Source: Vulcanimicrobiota bacterium (GTDB lineage Bacteria; Vulcanimicrobiota; Xenobia; Xenobiales; QWHO01). Taken from it: a DNA stretch of 64,000 nt. Under the pieces are notes generated by a model. That model worked only from the letters and a program-made list of their open reading frames with translations. It ran no database searches and had not been told where the DNA came from. Every line of letters starts with the position of its first letter. The first letter of the stretch is position 1. Position numbers and translations under genes: made by a program. The stretch spans positions 14,947 through 78,946 of the forward strand of contig JBDHVW010000023.1 of NCBI GenBank assembly GCA_039809865.1. The letters run 5' to 3'. Below, piece after piece: positions 56,573 to 64,000 of this stretch.

Positions 56573-57457
56573 CTACGCTTGCGGTTCGCTCGGATGCGGC
56601 CGGAAGTCCTCGAAGCTCGGGAGGAAGTAACCCGTCTGGGCTTTGTTCCAGCCCAGGATGGTGCCCACGAAGCCCACCCCCGCACCCACGCCGGCGCCGA
56701 CCCAGCCTCCCAGGGCTCCGCCTGCCGCGGCCATGGCCACGGTGCTGGCCGCGATCGGCCAGTGCCCCGCTTTGTTGCCCCAGAAGCTGCTCTTGTCGTC
56801 GTGCACGACCTGGATGCCGGGAATGCGCAGGAACGCGTCCGGAGCCACCGCCTGCTTGCCCAGCAGATCCTTCGAGGGCGCCTCGATCGGATTCGGCATC
56901 TGCTTGAGCGCTTTGAACACCAGCTCGGAGCAGTAGAACTCCTGGTCGTCACCGGTGTTGAACACGCTGTCATACTTCTTGCCCAGCTGGGCGCGGCAGA
57001 AGTCGGTGGCCGACTTGACGTCCTCGGGCGTCTTGTAGTCCGGGCGCACGATGGCGATCTTCTGGCGTCCCTCGAAATACTCGTCGATGGGCGTCTCGAG
57101 CACCCCGCCGCCCACGGCCTCCAGAATCTTGCCGTCGCCGGCATAGTAGGCCGCGTGGGTGTAGTTGGAGCGGACCGTCCAATACTCCATGCGGGCCCAC
57201 CCCGGGTAGGTCACGTCGCAGGTCATCACGACGTCGCCGGCCTTGAGCTTGGATTTCAGCTCGGCGCACTTCTCCGGCGAGTTCTCGGCCATCGTGTGGG
57301 GGATGCGGCGGCCCATGAACGTGAGCATGGCGCCGGCGGCGGCTCGGGTCGGGCTGAACTTCTCTTTCGGCTGGTCGGGTTTGGCCTCGTCGGTTACGGC
57401 CTGGGCCGGACGGGCATAGTTAGCAAAGGAAACCTGCTGCACATTCATTGGAACCAC
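56573..57457 (-). CDS. Permuted papain-fold (YiiX/YaeF, C92-like) amidase family protein with C-terminal Gly-rich membrane segment
   Basis: [21 protein letters not shown]...[12 protein letters not shown] matches the YiiX His...Cys arrangement. Confidence 0.65.
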   Translation of the reverse strand: MVPMNVQQVSFANYARPAQAVTDEAKPDQPKEKFSPTRAAAGAMLTFMGRRIPHTMAENSPEKCAELKSKLKAGDVVMTCDVTYPGWARMEYWTVRSNYTHAAYYAGDGKILEAVGGGVLETPIDEYFEGRQKIAIVRPDYKTPEDVKSATDFCRAQLGKKYDSVFNTGDDQEFYCSELVFKALKQMPNPIEAPSKDLLGKQAVAPDAFLRIPGIQVVHDDKSSFWGNKAGHWPIAASTVAMAAAGGALGGWVGAGVGAGVGFVGTILGWNKAQTGYFLPSFEDFRPHPSEPQA

Positions 57458-57528
57458 TCCCTGGACATTTTTCTTTTAGCATAGTCCGCCAGGGGTGAAA
57501 ATTTCCTGAACGGCGAAATCCGCGTCTC

Positions 57529-58236
57529 GTGGGGGGAGTTTTCAAGAGGAAGCCCGATTCCGCGCCCGTCTTGCTGCCGACGTTGACGAAGCGGAACCTC
57601 CAGGCGTGGCTCAGCACCCCGAGGGCCCAGCTCAAGCGCGAGCTGCCCGACGGACGCAAGCTCATCCTGGAGTGTGCGCGGGGCCTGGAGTCTCAGGCCT
57701 CCGCGGTGTTCGAGGTGGTCGGTCGCCTCCCGGGCCTCGACCACGACACCACCGTCCGGCTCGGCCCTTCCTTCCTCCGGGTGCGGCGCAGCGAGAACAT
57801 GCTCTTCCTGTTCCAACCGGACTTTGCCCACAACCCGGATGACGAGATTCCCGACCTCACGCTGACTTGTCTGTTGTTGGGTCACCACGTGCAACTCTCG
57901 TTGCAGGGCAAATTCAAGGCCGAGGATGCGTTCCTGCTCGATGCGCTCATGCTCTCTCCCGGCGGGCGTCAGGACGATCGCGTCTTCCTGCGGCGCAACC
58001 AGCCCGCGTTCGAGGGGCACACCGGGCTTTACCTGATGGGCCTCTCCGAGCTCAAGTCGGAGCCGGCCTATCGGCCGGTGCCGCTGGCTCTGATGCTGCG
58101 GGAGCGGCCGTCCATCCTGATGGCCTGCGGGATTGCCAACGACTCCATCGCCCAATTCATGGGCGAGGAGCTCATCGAGGTGGTGGATGGGAGCAACCGC
58201 CGCCTCTACTCGTGCGGCTCCACGGGCACGATGTAG
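57529..58236 (+). CDS. Hypothetical protein (235 aa)
   Basis: Non-biased composition, divergent from the YiiX-like gene with a 71-bp spacer. Confidence 0.45.
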   Translation: MGGVFKRKPDSAPVLLPTLTKRNLQAWLSTPRAQLKRELPDGRKLILECARGLESQASAVFEVVGRLPGLDHDTTVRLGPSFLRVRRSENMLFLFQPDFAHNPDDEIPDLTLTCLLLGHHVQLSLQGKFKAEDAFLLDALMLSPGGRQDDRVFLRRNQPAFEGHTGLYLMGLSELKSEPAYRPVPLALMLRERPSILMACGIANDSIAQFMGEELIEVVDGSNRRLYSCGSTGTM

Positions 58237-59435
58237 TAGTTCAGCCCGTCCTTCCCGGGCGTGGTGTCCACGACCAGCAGCCCGACCTGGTCGCCCAGAA
58301 ACGCCTGCTTGTTGCGCGCGACCTGGTGCAGGTTGACCGTGAAGACGCCCTGGCCGCAATCCTGGTAGCCCGAAGGCAGGGCGGCTCCGTTGAGCTTCTT
58401 GCTGCCTTCGGCCAGAATGGCCTCCATGGTATCCACCGCCTGCTCGCTCTGGACGTCGAGCACGTTGACCATGCGATCCTCGAGGGCCTTCATCTCGTTG
58501 GGCGAGTCGGCCCGGCGCGTGCCGGCATCGGCGGCCTCGCAGGCCGTGCAGAGCGAGCGGGCCACCTGGGCCAGCTCGGCCTCGAGCGGGCCGGGCGGCA
58601 GCGGCAGGGTGCCCTGGATGGGGTGCGTGTCCGGCACGAACAGCGTCTTGAACAGCTGGGGCTCGGGCACCTCGGCCTCGTGGGCATCCTGGCGCAACAG
58701 TACTTCCTTGAGGTCGGGAGGGTTGAAGCCCGCCGCGCGCACGCGCGCCACCGAGGCTTCCAGGCGCTCCAACGCGCTGTCGCGCGTGAGCTGCTCGCCC
58801 CGCGCGTCGCTCACCGGAATTCCCAGCGAGAAGGCGGTGCGGGCCTCGTGCACGCAGCCCTCGGACAGCTCCCAGCCATCCTGCAGAACCACGCCCGAGG
58901 CGATCTTGACCACGTCCAGCCAGTGGTTGAGATACTCCGCCTGCTGCCAGCGGTTCACCGCCAGCCGGCTGGGATCCACCACCAGGGTATCGTCGTTGCG
59001 GAACTTGTCGGCCAGGTCCCCGGCCGCCGCGCAATTCTTCTCGATGACGTTGCAGACGAACTGCCCGTTGTCGCCGGGATCCAGCTCGCGCACCGACTTC
59101 TTGCCCTTTTCCTCGAGGAACTGGTAGAGCCGGTGCCCCCCGGTGACCGGGGTGGAAACATAGAGAATCTTGCGGCCGTTGGCTTCTTCCTTGAGCCTGT
59201 CCACGAAGTCGGGGCTGAAGTCGTGCCGCTCGAACGGGCCCAGCATCGAGGCCAGGCGCGACAGCCGCTGCATCAGGCTGTGCTTGGGATCGACGGTGTG
59301 GCGCGCCTGCATGCGCGCCAGCAGCTCCTCGCCGTCGCGTTGCGGGTTGTCGGGCGCGTCCACCAGCGTCCGCCCGAGCGTCTGGAGGCGCCGGCTGGCC
59401 GTGGTTCGCAGCAGGTTCTCTTCCCGGATCAGCAC
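58206..59435 (-). CDS. Hypothetical protein (409 aa), co-transcribed upstream of deoC
   Basis: Non-biased composition. Its start at 59435 abuts the deoC stop at 59436. Confidence 0.5.
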   Translation of the reverse strand: MLIREENLLRTTASRRLQTLGRTLVDAPDNPQRDGEELLARMQARHTVDPKHSLMQRLSRLASMLGPFERHDFSPDFVDRLKEEANGRKILYVSTPVTGGHRLYQFLEEKGKKSVRELDPGDNGQFVCNVIEKNCAAAGDLADKFRNDDTLVVDPSRLAVNRWQQAEYLNHWLDVVKIASGVVLQDGWELSEGCVHEARTAFSLGIPVSDARGEQLTRDSALERLEASVARVRAAGFNPPDLKEVLLRQDAHEAEVPEPQLFKTLFVPDTHPIQGTLPLPPGPLEAELAQVARSLCTACEAADAGTRRADSPNEMKALEDRMVNVLDVQSEQAVDTMEAILAEGSKKLNGAALPSGYQDCGQGVFTVNLHQVARNKQAFLGDQVGLLVVDTTPGKDGLNYYIVPVEPHE

Positions 59436-60146
59436 TCAGTAGCCCGTCCCCTGTCCGCCCTCGACGATGGCGATGCTGGAGCTGGCGCCGATGCGAGTGG
59501 CACCGGCCGCGATCATCTCGTTGGCCGCTTTGGTGTCGCGCACGCCGCCCGAGGCCTTCACGCCCATCTCGGGACCGACGGTCTTGCGCATCAGGGCGAT
59601 GTCGGCGGCGGTGGCCCCGCCCCCGTTGAATCCGGTAGAGGTCTTCACGAAGTCCGCGCCGCCGGCTTTGCTCAGCTCGCAGGCGCGCACCTTCTCCTCG
59701 TCGCTCAGCAGGCTGGTCTCGATGATCACCTTCACGGTGTGGTCGCCGGCCGCGCCGACGACCGCTTCGATATCCTTCCGCACGGCCGCGTCATCTCGGT
59801 CCTTGAGCTTGCCGACGTTGATCACCATGTCGATCTCGTTGGCGCCGTCCGCGATGGCCTGGCGGGTCTCGGCGGCCTTGCCCTCGGGGGAGGTGGCGCC
59901 GTGCGGGAAGCCCACCACCGTGCACACCATCACCGGACTGTCCTTGAGCTCGGCGGCGGCCAGCTCGACGCGGCCAGGCTGCACGCAGACCGAGGCAAAC
60001 TGGTGCTCTCGGGCTTCAGCGCAGAGCTTCTTGATCTGGTCGGCCGTGGCATCGGGCTTGAGCAAGGTGTGGTCGATCATTCCGGCCAGAACGGCGCCGC
60101 TGATGCCCGTGCTGGCTGCAGTGGCGGCCAGAGCGGTCTGGAAGCT
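59436..60146 (-). CDS. deoC: Deoxyribose-phosphate aldolase
   Basis: [22 protein letters not shown] and FVKTSTGF motifs (Schiff-base Lys region). ATG 60149-region start preferred over track 60308. Confidence 0.85.
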   Translation of the reverse strand, partial: SFQTALAATAASTGISGAVLAGMIDHTLLKPDATADQIKKLCAEAREHQFASVCVQPGRVELAAAELKDSPVMVCTVVGFPHGATSPEGKAAETRQAIADGANEIDMVINVGKLKDRDDAAVRKDIEAVVGAAGDHTVKVIIETSLLSDEEKVRACELSKAGGADFVKTSTGFNGGGATAADIALMRKTVGPEMGVKASGGVRDTKAANEMIAAGATRIGASSSIAIVEGGQGTGY

Positions 60147-60368
60147 CATCTGGGGGGCGTGCTTGAGCGTGATCGGAGGAGCCGTTCCGCCCTGCGGGGT
60201 GAACACTTCCGAGGGCTCCGCGGCCGGCTGGTGCTGCGAGCAGTTTCCGCATGCTTGCGCCGGGCGGTATTGCGCGCCGGACACCTGGCTGAACTGGCTT
60301 ACGATCATGGACGGGGACCCCTCTTTGTCAGTATGGGCCCAACTTACCGCGGTCCTCTGAAAGAAAGC

Positions 60369-62438
60369 CTAAAAAACGCGCGATTTGCGGCGCACGGGCA
60401 GGGCCGCCCGCTGGCAGAAGAACTCCTGGGCGCTGAAACGCTCGCCGTGGGACCAGAGCCGCGTGTAGGTGCCGTCCTGATTCAGCTCCCACGAGCTGGC
60501 GTTGTCGCGCAGGTTGGCCAGCATGATCTCCTGCAGCTTCATCCCCAGATTGCCTGGCAGCGGCACCAGGGCTTCCACGCGCGACTGGAAGTTGCGGTTC
60601 ATCCAGTCGGCGCTGGAGATGAACGTGCGCGCCTCGGGCGCGGGCAGCTCGTGGCCGTTCGAGAAGCAATAGATCCGCGCGTGCTCGAGGAAGCGCCCCA
60701 CGATCGACTTCACCCGGATGTTGTCCGAGAGGCCCGGAACCTGGGGCCGAAGAGCACACTGCCCGCGCACCACCAGCTCGATCTGGACTCCGGCCTGGGA
60801 GGCGTCGTAAAGGGCGTCGATGACGTCCGGCTCCAGCAGGGCATTCATCTTGGCCCAGATGGCCGCCGGCTTGCCGGCGCGAGCCAGCTCGGCCTCGTGG
60901 TGGACGGCTGCGAGGAGCGTGGACTTGAGGTCGATGGGGGAGACGGCCACGCGCTCGAATTTGCCCGGCACCGCGTAGCCGGTGATGAAGTTGAAGACCC
61001 GCGCGGCGTCGCGGCACAGCTCACCGTTGCAGCTGAAAAGGCTGAGGTCGGAGTAGGCCCGGGCCGTCTCGGGATGGTAGTTGCCGGTGCCGTAGTGGAC
61101 ATAGGAGCGTAGCTCGCCGTCCTCTTTGCGCAGCACCAGGCTGACCTTGGCGTGGGTCTTGAGGTTGGCGAAGCCGTAGACCACCTGGGCGCCGGCCTGC
61201 TCGAGCACCTCGGCGAGCTTCATGTTGGCTTCCTCGTCGAAGCGCGCCTTGAGCTCCACCACGGCCACGACCGACTTGCCGGCCTCGGCGGCCTCCACCA
61301 GGGCTCGCACGATGGGGGAGTTGCGACTGGTCCGGTAGAGAGTTTGCTTGATGGCCACCACGTCGGGATCGGCGGCGGCCTGCTTGACGAACTCCACCAC
61401 CACCGAGAAGGACTCGTAGGGATGGTGCACCAGCAGATCGTGCTCGCGCATCGCCGAGAAGAAGTCGCCCGCCCACTCGGCCAGCGCGTCCGGGGTGCGG
61501 CCGTCGAAGGGGGCGTAGCGCAGCGGGGGCTCGCCGCTGCGAATCAGCTCGGACACGGCGCCCAGGTTCAGCATGCCGTCCGAGATCAGCATGTGCTCGG
61601 AGCTCGTCTCGAGCTGCTCGCAGAGATACTCGCGCACGACTTTGGGAGTGCTGGGGGCGACCACGAGGCGAATCACGCTGCCGCGTTTGCGGCCTTTGAG
61701 CGCCTCCCGGAACGCCTCGAGCAGGTCGCCCTCGCTGGGCTCGATCTCCATTTCCTGGTCGCGCAGGACGTGGAACAGGTTGACGCTCTGGACCTCGAAA
61801 TTGGGCAACAGGCGGTCCAGGAAGAGCGGGATGACCTCCTCCACCCGGATGTAGCGGTCGGAGGTCTTCAGCCGCACGAAGCGGGTCATCTTGGGCGGCA
61901 GCAAAACGAGCTGCCACTGGACGGTGGGGCTGTTCTTGAGCTGGATCACCAGGCACAGGCCATCGTTGGGAACCAGTGGGAACGGGTGGGCCGGGTCTAC
62001 CGCGACGGGCGAAAGCGCCGGCAGGATCTGGGCCTCGAAATGGCCTTCGAGCCAGTTCAACTCAGCTCGGGTCAGCTCGTCGTGGGTCAGGATGCGGATT
62101 CCCTGGCCTGCCAGCACGCCTTTGAGCTCCTGCCACACGCTTTGCTGGCGCGCGAACAAGGCTCCGGCCTCCTGGCGGAGAAGCTTGACGTGCCGGGGCA
62201 GGCGCAGGCCGTCCGGCGAGCGCGTGCGGGCGCCCGACTCGTACTGGGTCAGGAGGCTCGCGAACCGAACCATGAAGAATTCGTCGAGGTTGGAATCGGA
62301 GATGGACAGAAAGCGCAGGCGCTCGAACAGCGGGGTCTCGGGGTCGCGCGCGAGCTCGAGCACCCGCTCGTTGAAAGCGAGCCAGCTCAGCTCCCGGTTC
62401 AGAAATCGCTCGGGTTTTTGGCGTAAGGTCGTGGTCAT
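60369..62438 (-). CDS. ppk: Polyphosphate kinase 1
   Basis: 689 aa. N-terminus MTTTLRQKPERFLNRELSWLAFNERVLELA and PLD-like duplicated catalytic halves are typical of PPK1. Confidence 0.95.
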   Translation of the reverse strand: MTTTLRQKPERFLNRELSWLAFNERVLELARDPETPLFERLRFLSISDSNLDEFFMVRFASLLTQYESGARTRSPDGLRLPRHVKLLRQEAGALFARQQSVWQELKGVLAGQGIRILTHDELTRAELNWLEGHFEAQILPALSPVAVDPAHPFPLVPNDGLCLVIQLKNSPTVQWQLVLLPPKMTRFVRLKTSDRYIRVEEVIPLFLDRLLPNFEVQSVNLFHVLRDQEMEIEPSEGDLLEAFREALKGRKRGSVIRLVVAPSTPKVVREYLCEQLETSSEHMLISDGMLNLGAVSELIRSGEPPLRYAPFDGRTPDALAEWAGDFFSAMREHDLLVHHPYESFSVVVEFVKQAAADPDVVAIKQTLYRTSRNSPIVRALVEAAEAGKSVVAVVELKARFDEEANMKLAEVLEQAGAQVVYGFANLKTHAKVSLVLRKEDGELRSYVHYGTGNYHPETARAYSDLSLFSCNGELCRDAARVFNFITGYAVPGKFERVAVSPIDLKSTLLAAVHHEAELARAGKPAAIWAKMNALLEPDVIDALYDASQAGVQIELVVRGQCALRPQVPGLSDNIRVKSIVGRFLEHARIYCFSNGHELPAPEARTFISSADWMNRNFQSRVEALVPLPGNLGMKLQEIMLANLRDNASSWELNQDGTYTRLWSHGERFSAQEFFCQRAALPVRRKSRVF

Positions 62439-62660
62439 ATGTTGAGGTGCCTGGAGGGCAAGATAACCGGTTTCGAGTCCGGCGGCAAGCGTCTTCGCCT
62501 TGGCGAGGACAAGATCCGCGTCGGCCGCGACCTGCGCGAGGCCCTGGCCTGGGAGGGCGTGGTCGGCGTGCAGTGCCGGGTGTGGGTTCGCGAGACCCGC
62601 AAAGGATTGAAGCTCGTGTGGGTGATCCCGCTGGAGCCCTGCGTGAGGCCGTCGCGTGCG

Positions 62661-62846
62661 ATGGTGTGCATGGGCAAGTCCTGTCGCAAACGGGGGGCTG
62701 GCAAGACTGTCACAGCCTTAGAGGACGCGGGGTTGGCGGTCAAGTGCGTCAAGTGCCTGGACCGCTGCGGAGAAGGACCCAACGTGGTCCTGCTGCCAGG
62801 CAAAGTTTTGGTGACCGACGTCCGCGGAGTGAGGAGTAGGGAGTAG
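62661..62846 (+). CDS. Thioredoxin-like [2Fe-2S] ferredoxin-type small protein
   Basis: Cys pattern CMGKSC...CVKCLDRCGEGPNVVLLPGKV resembles thioredoxin-like ferredoxins. The track ORF start 62439 would abut the ppk start codon with zero spacer, so the internal ATG 62661 (GAGG 12 nt upstream) is preferred. The start is uncertain. Confidence 0.45.
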   Translation: MVCMGKSCRKRGAGKTVTALEDAGLAVKCVKCLDRCGEGPNVVLLPGKVLVTDVRGVRSRE

Positions 62847-62884
62847 GGGAGATGGGAGATGGGAGTAGGGAGATGGGAGAAGGT
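62829..62884. repeat. GGGAGAT/GGGAGTA heptamer-type repeat block (left arm of inverted repeat)
   Basis: GTGAGGAGTAGGGAGTAGGGGAGATGGGAGATGGGAGTAGGGAGATGGGAGAAGG read directly. Confidence 0.8.
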
Positions 62885-62901
62885 TCAATAGGAGCATCTG
62901 G

Positions 62902-63291
62902 TCATAACTGCGTTTTGACTTTCTGACTCAGACCTCGAATCAGGCGCCGAACTTCCACTATAGAGTTGCTAGTCGCTGCAATATCCGGTTCTCTGAGGTA
63001 TTCTAGCTGCACGGCAACCTCCAGGAGCGTGTCCAGTTCGGCCAGGCTGCCCCGTGCGATACTCAGATGACTTAGAAACGGTTTCGGGAGTTCACGGGCT
63101 TGGCCTTCGGCGATGTTTGCCGGCACTGATATGGCAGCTCTTTGAATCTGGCTGGCCAGGCCAAAACGCTCTTCACGAGGGAGTTGGTTGGTAAGTTTAT
63201 AGACCCTCGTAACGAGTCCCATAGCTCTTTGCCAGACGATCAATTCCCTGTAACTCCGAGTCTTATCTTGACCCCCCGTCCCCTCTCCCAT
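62902..63291 (-). CDS. Four-helix-bundle protein (TIGR02436 / 23S rRNA intervening-sequence protein family)
   Basis: ELIVWQRAMGLVTRVYKLTNQLPREERFGLASQIQRAAISVPANIAEGQAR is the family hallmark. Confidence 0.8.
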   Translation of the reverse strand: MGEGTGGQDKTRSYRELIVWQRAMGLVTRVYKLTNQLPREERFGLASQIQRAAISVPANIAEGQARELPKPFLSHLSIARGSLAELDTLLEVAVQLEYLREPDIAATSNSIVEVRRLIRGLSQKVKTQL

Positions 63292-63314
63292 CTCCTAACT
63301 CCCATCTCCCATCT
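63279..63314. repeat. Right arm of inverted repeat (CCCCTCTCCCATCTCCTAACTCCCATCTCCCATCT)
   Basis: Reverse complement of the left-arm heptamer repeats. Confidence 0.8.
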
Positions 63315-63766
63315 TAAACTCGTTCGAGCAACTTCGGGTCCAGCACCCACCGGAGCCGGCCGTCGTCAATGCGAATGACGCCGCCTTTCTTGAGCTCGAT
63401 GGGGCTGCGGCCGTTGGGACCGAAGGAGAGGAGGCTGCCGAGCTCGCTCAGGGTGGGCTCGTGGCCGACCACGACCGCGACCGGGTATTTCAAAGACTCG
63501 ACCATCGTCGCGATGGCGCCCAGGCCGCCGTCGTAAAGGACGCGGTCCTGCACCAGGCCGGCCTTCAGGCCGATGCGCTCGTGCAAGATCTGGGCCGTCT
63601 CCAGAGCGCGCGGGGCGGGGCTGCTGACCATGCGAGCGTCCTCTAGAAACGGCTTGAGATAGCGCGCCAGGAGGCGCGTGCGCTCCCGGCCGGCCTCGGT
63701 GAGACGACGTTCGAAGTCGGGAAAGCCGTCCTCGGCCTGCGCGTGACGCACCAGGTAGAGCTTCAC
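63314..63766 (-). CDS. sixA: Phosphohistidine phosphatase SixA (histidine phosphatase superfamily)
   Basis: MKLYLVRHAQAE catalytic RHG motif. 150 aa. Confidence 0.8.
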   Translation of the reverse strand: MKLYLVRHAQAEDGFPDFERRLTEAGRERTRLLARYLKPFLEDARMVSSPAPRALETAQILHERIGLKAGLVQDRVLYDGGLGAIATMVESLKYPVAVVVGHEPTLSELGSLLSFGPNGRSPIELKKGGVIRIDDGRLRWVLDPKLLERV

Positions 63767-63767
63767 T

Positions 63768-64000
63768 TCAGGATGCCTTGAAGGCGACCTGGACGGGAAC
63801 GCCCAGCGCTTCGTTCAAAATGGCGAGGCTGGGCTGCACGGCCCAGCGCTCGAGCAACAGGTCACCCGGTCCCTCCAGCTTGAGCAGCAAGGCGCCCTTG
63901 GCCTTGCGGGCCTTGACCGAGCGGATCTGACCGCGATGCTCGGCATCCAGCGCCTCGGCCAGGCGCAGCAGCGACGACAACTTTTGACAGAGCGTCTTCT
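63768..64000 (-). CDS. 3' end of a gene running off the window; possibly exopolyphosphatase Ppx/GppA C-terminus
   Basis: Open minus-strand frame continues to the window edge (..KTLCQKLSSLLRLAEALDAEHRGQIRSV..). The stop abuts the sixA start. Ppx assignment is based only on the ppk/sixA neighbourhood and weak C-terminal similarity. Confidence 0.35.
   Translation of the reverse strand, partial: KTLCQKLSSLLRLAEALDAEHRGQIRSVKARKAKGALLLKLEGPGDLLLERWAVQPSLAILNEALGVPVQVAFKAS

Noticed and set aside
53869-57144. Full 1091-aa track ORF
   Set aside because: The upstream about 200 codons are the off-frame shadow of the YiiX-like gene (S/R/P/T-rich). The real start is ATG 56550.
57445-59034. 529-aa minus ORF
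   Set aside because: R/G/P-rich, overlapping two better-supported genes on either strand.
57867-61112. 1081-aa + ORF
   Set aside because: Antisense across the hypothetical, deoC and ppk genes. Low complexity.
1-64000. CRISPR arrays, rRNA or tRNA genes
   Set aside because: No regularly spaced short direct repeats with unique spacers. No cloverleaf-like tRNA candidates or rRNA-like conserved stretches noticed. The only repeat arrays are the tandem or inverted repeats listed, which lack unique spacers.

Overview
This is a high-GC (about 70%) bacterial chromosomal window. The gene content and composition suggest a Myxococcota-like or related lineage, but that is inference only. I support about 60 protein-coding genes. 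They are densely packed, and many pairs overlap by 1-4 nt at start/stop (ATGA, GTGA or TGATG), which fits operons. Because of the GC content almost every gene has a long spurious antisense or off-frame ORF in the track. I separated these by composition, conserved family motifs and start/stop coupling. Genes recognisable from the sequence are a C-terminally truncated S8 subtilase, the giant NAD-specific glutamate dehydrogenase, malQ, nth, hydantoinase hyuA/hyuB, msrB, a Fur-family regulator, a glutathionyl-hydroquinone reductase, an FtsH-like protein with a degenerate ATPase, a GT2/PAP2/GT39(ArnT-like) locus with an OmpR-type two-component system, an MOFRL glycerate kinase, an OPT transporter, a NarL-type regulator, deoC, ppk1, sixA and a partial ppx-like gene. 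Accessory-like content includes two minor-pilin (pseudopilin) cassettes. The second cassette is bracketed by two paralogous HTTM (vitamin K-dependent gamma-carboxylase-like) membrane genes. It contains a 597-aa pilin-like Thr/Gly-repeat protein ending in a (Cys-Gly)4 tail, and is followed by an orphan GspF/PilC. Other accessory-like elements are a tandem-PilZ gene followed by a paralogous pair of glycine-zipper/coiled-coil membrane proteins behind hyuAB, a phd/vapC TA module, a four-helix-bundle gene flanked by inverted GGGAGAT-type repeats, and several tandem DNA repeat arrays. I saw no rRNA, tRNA or CRISPR array.
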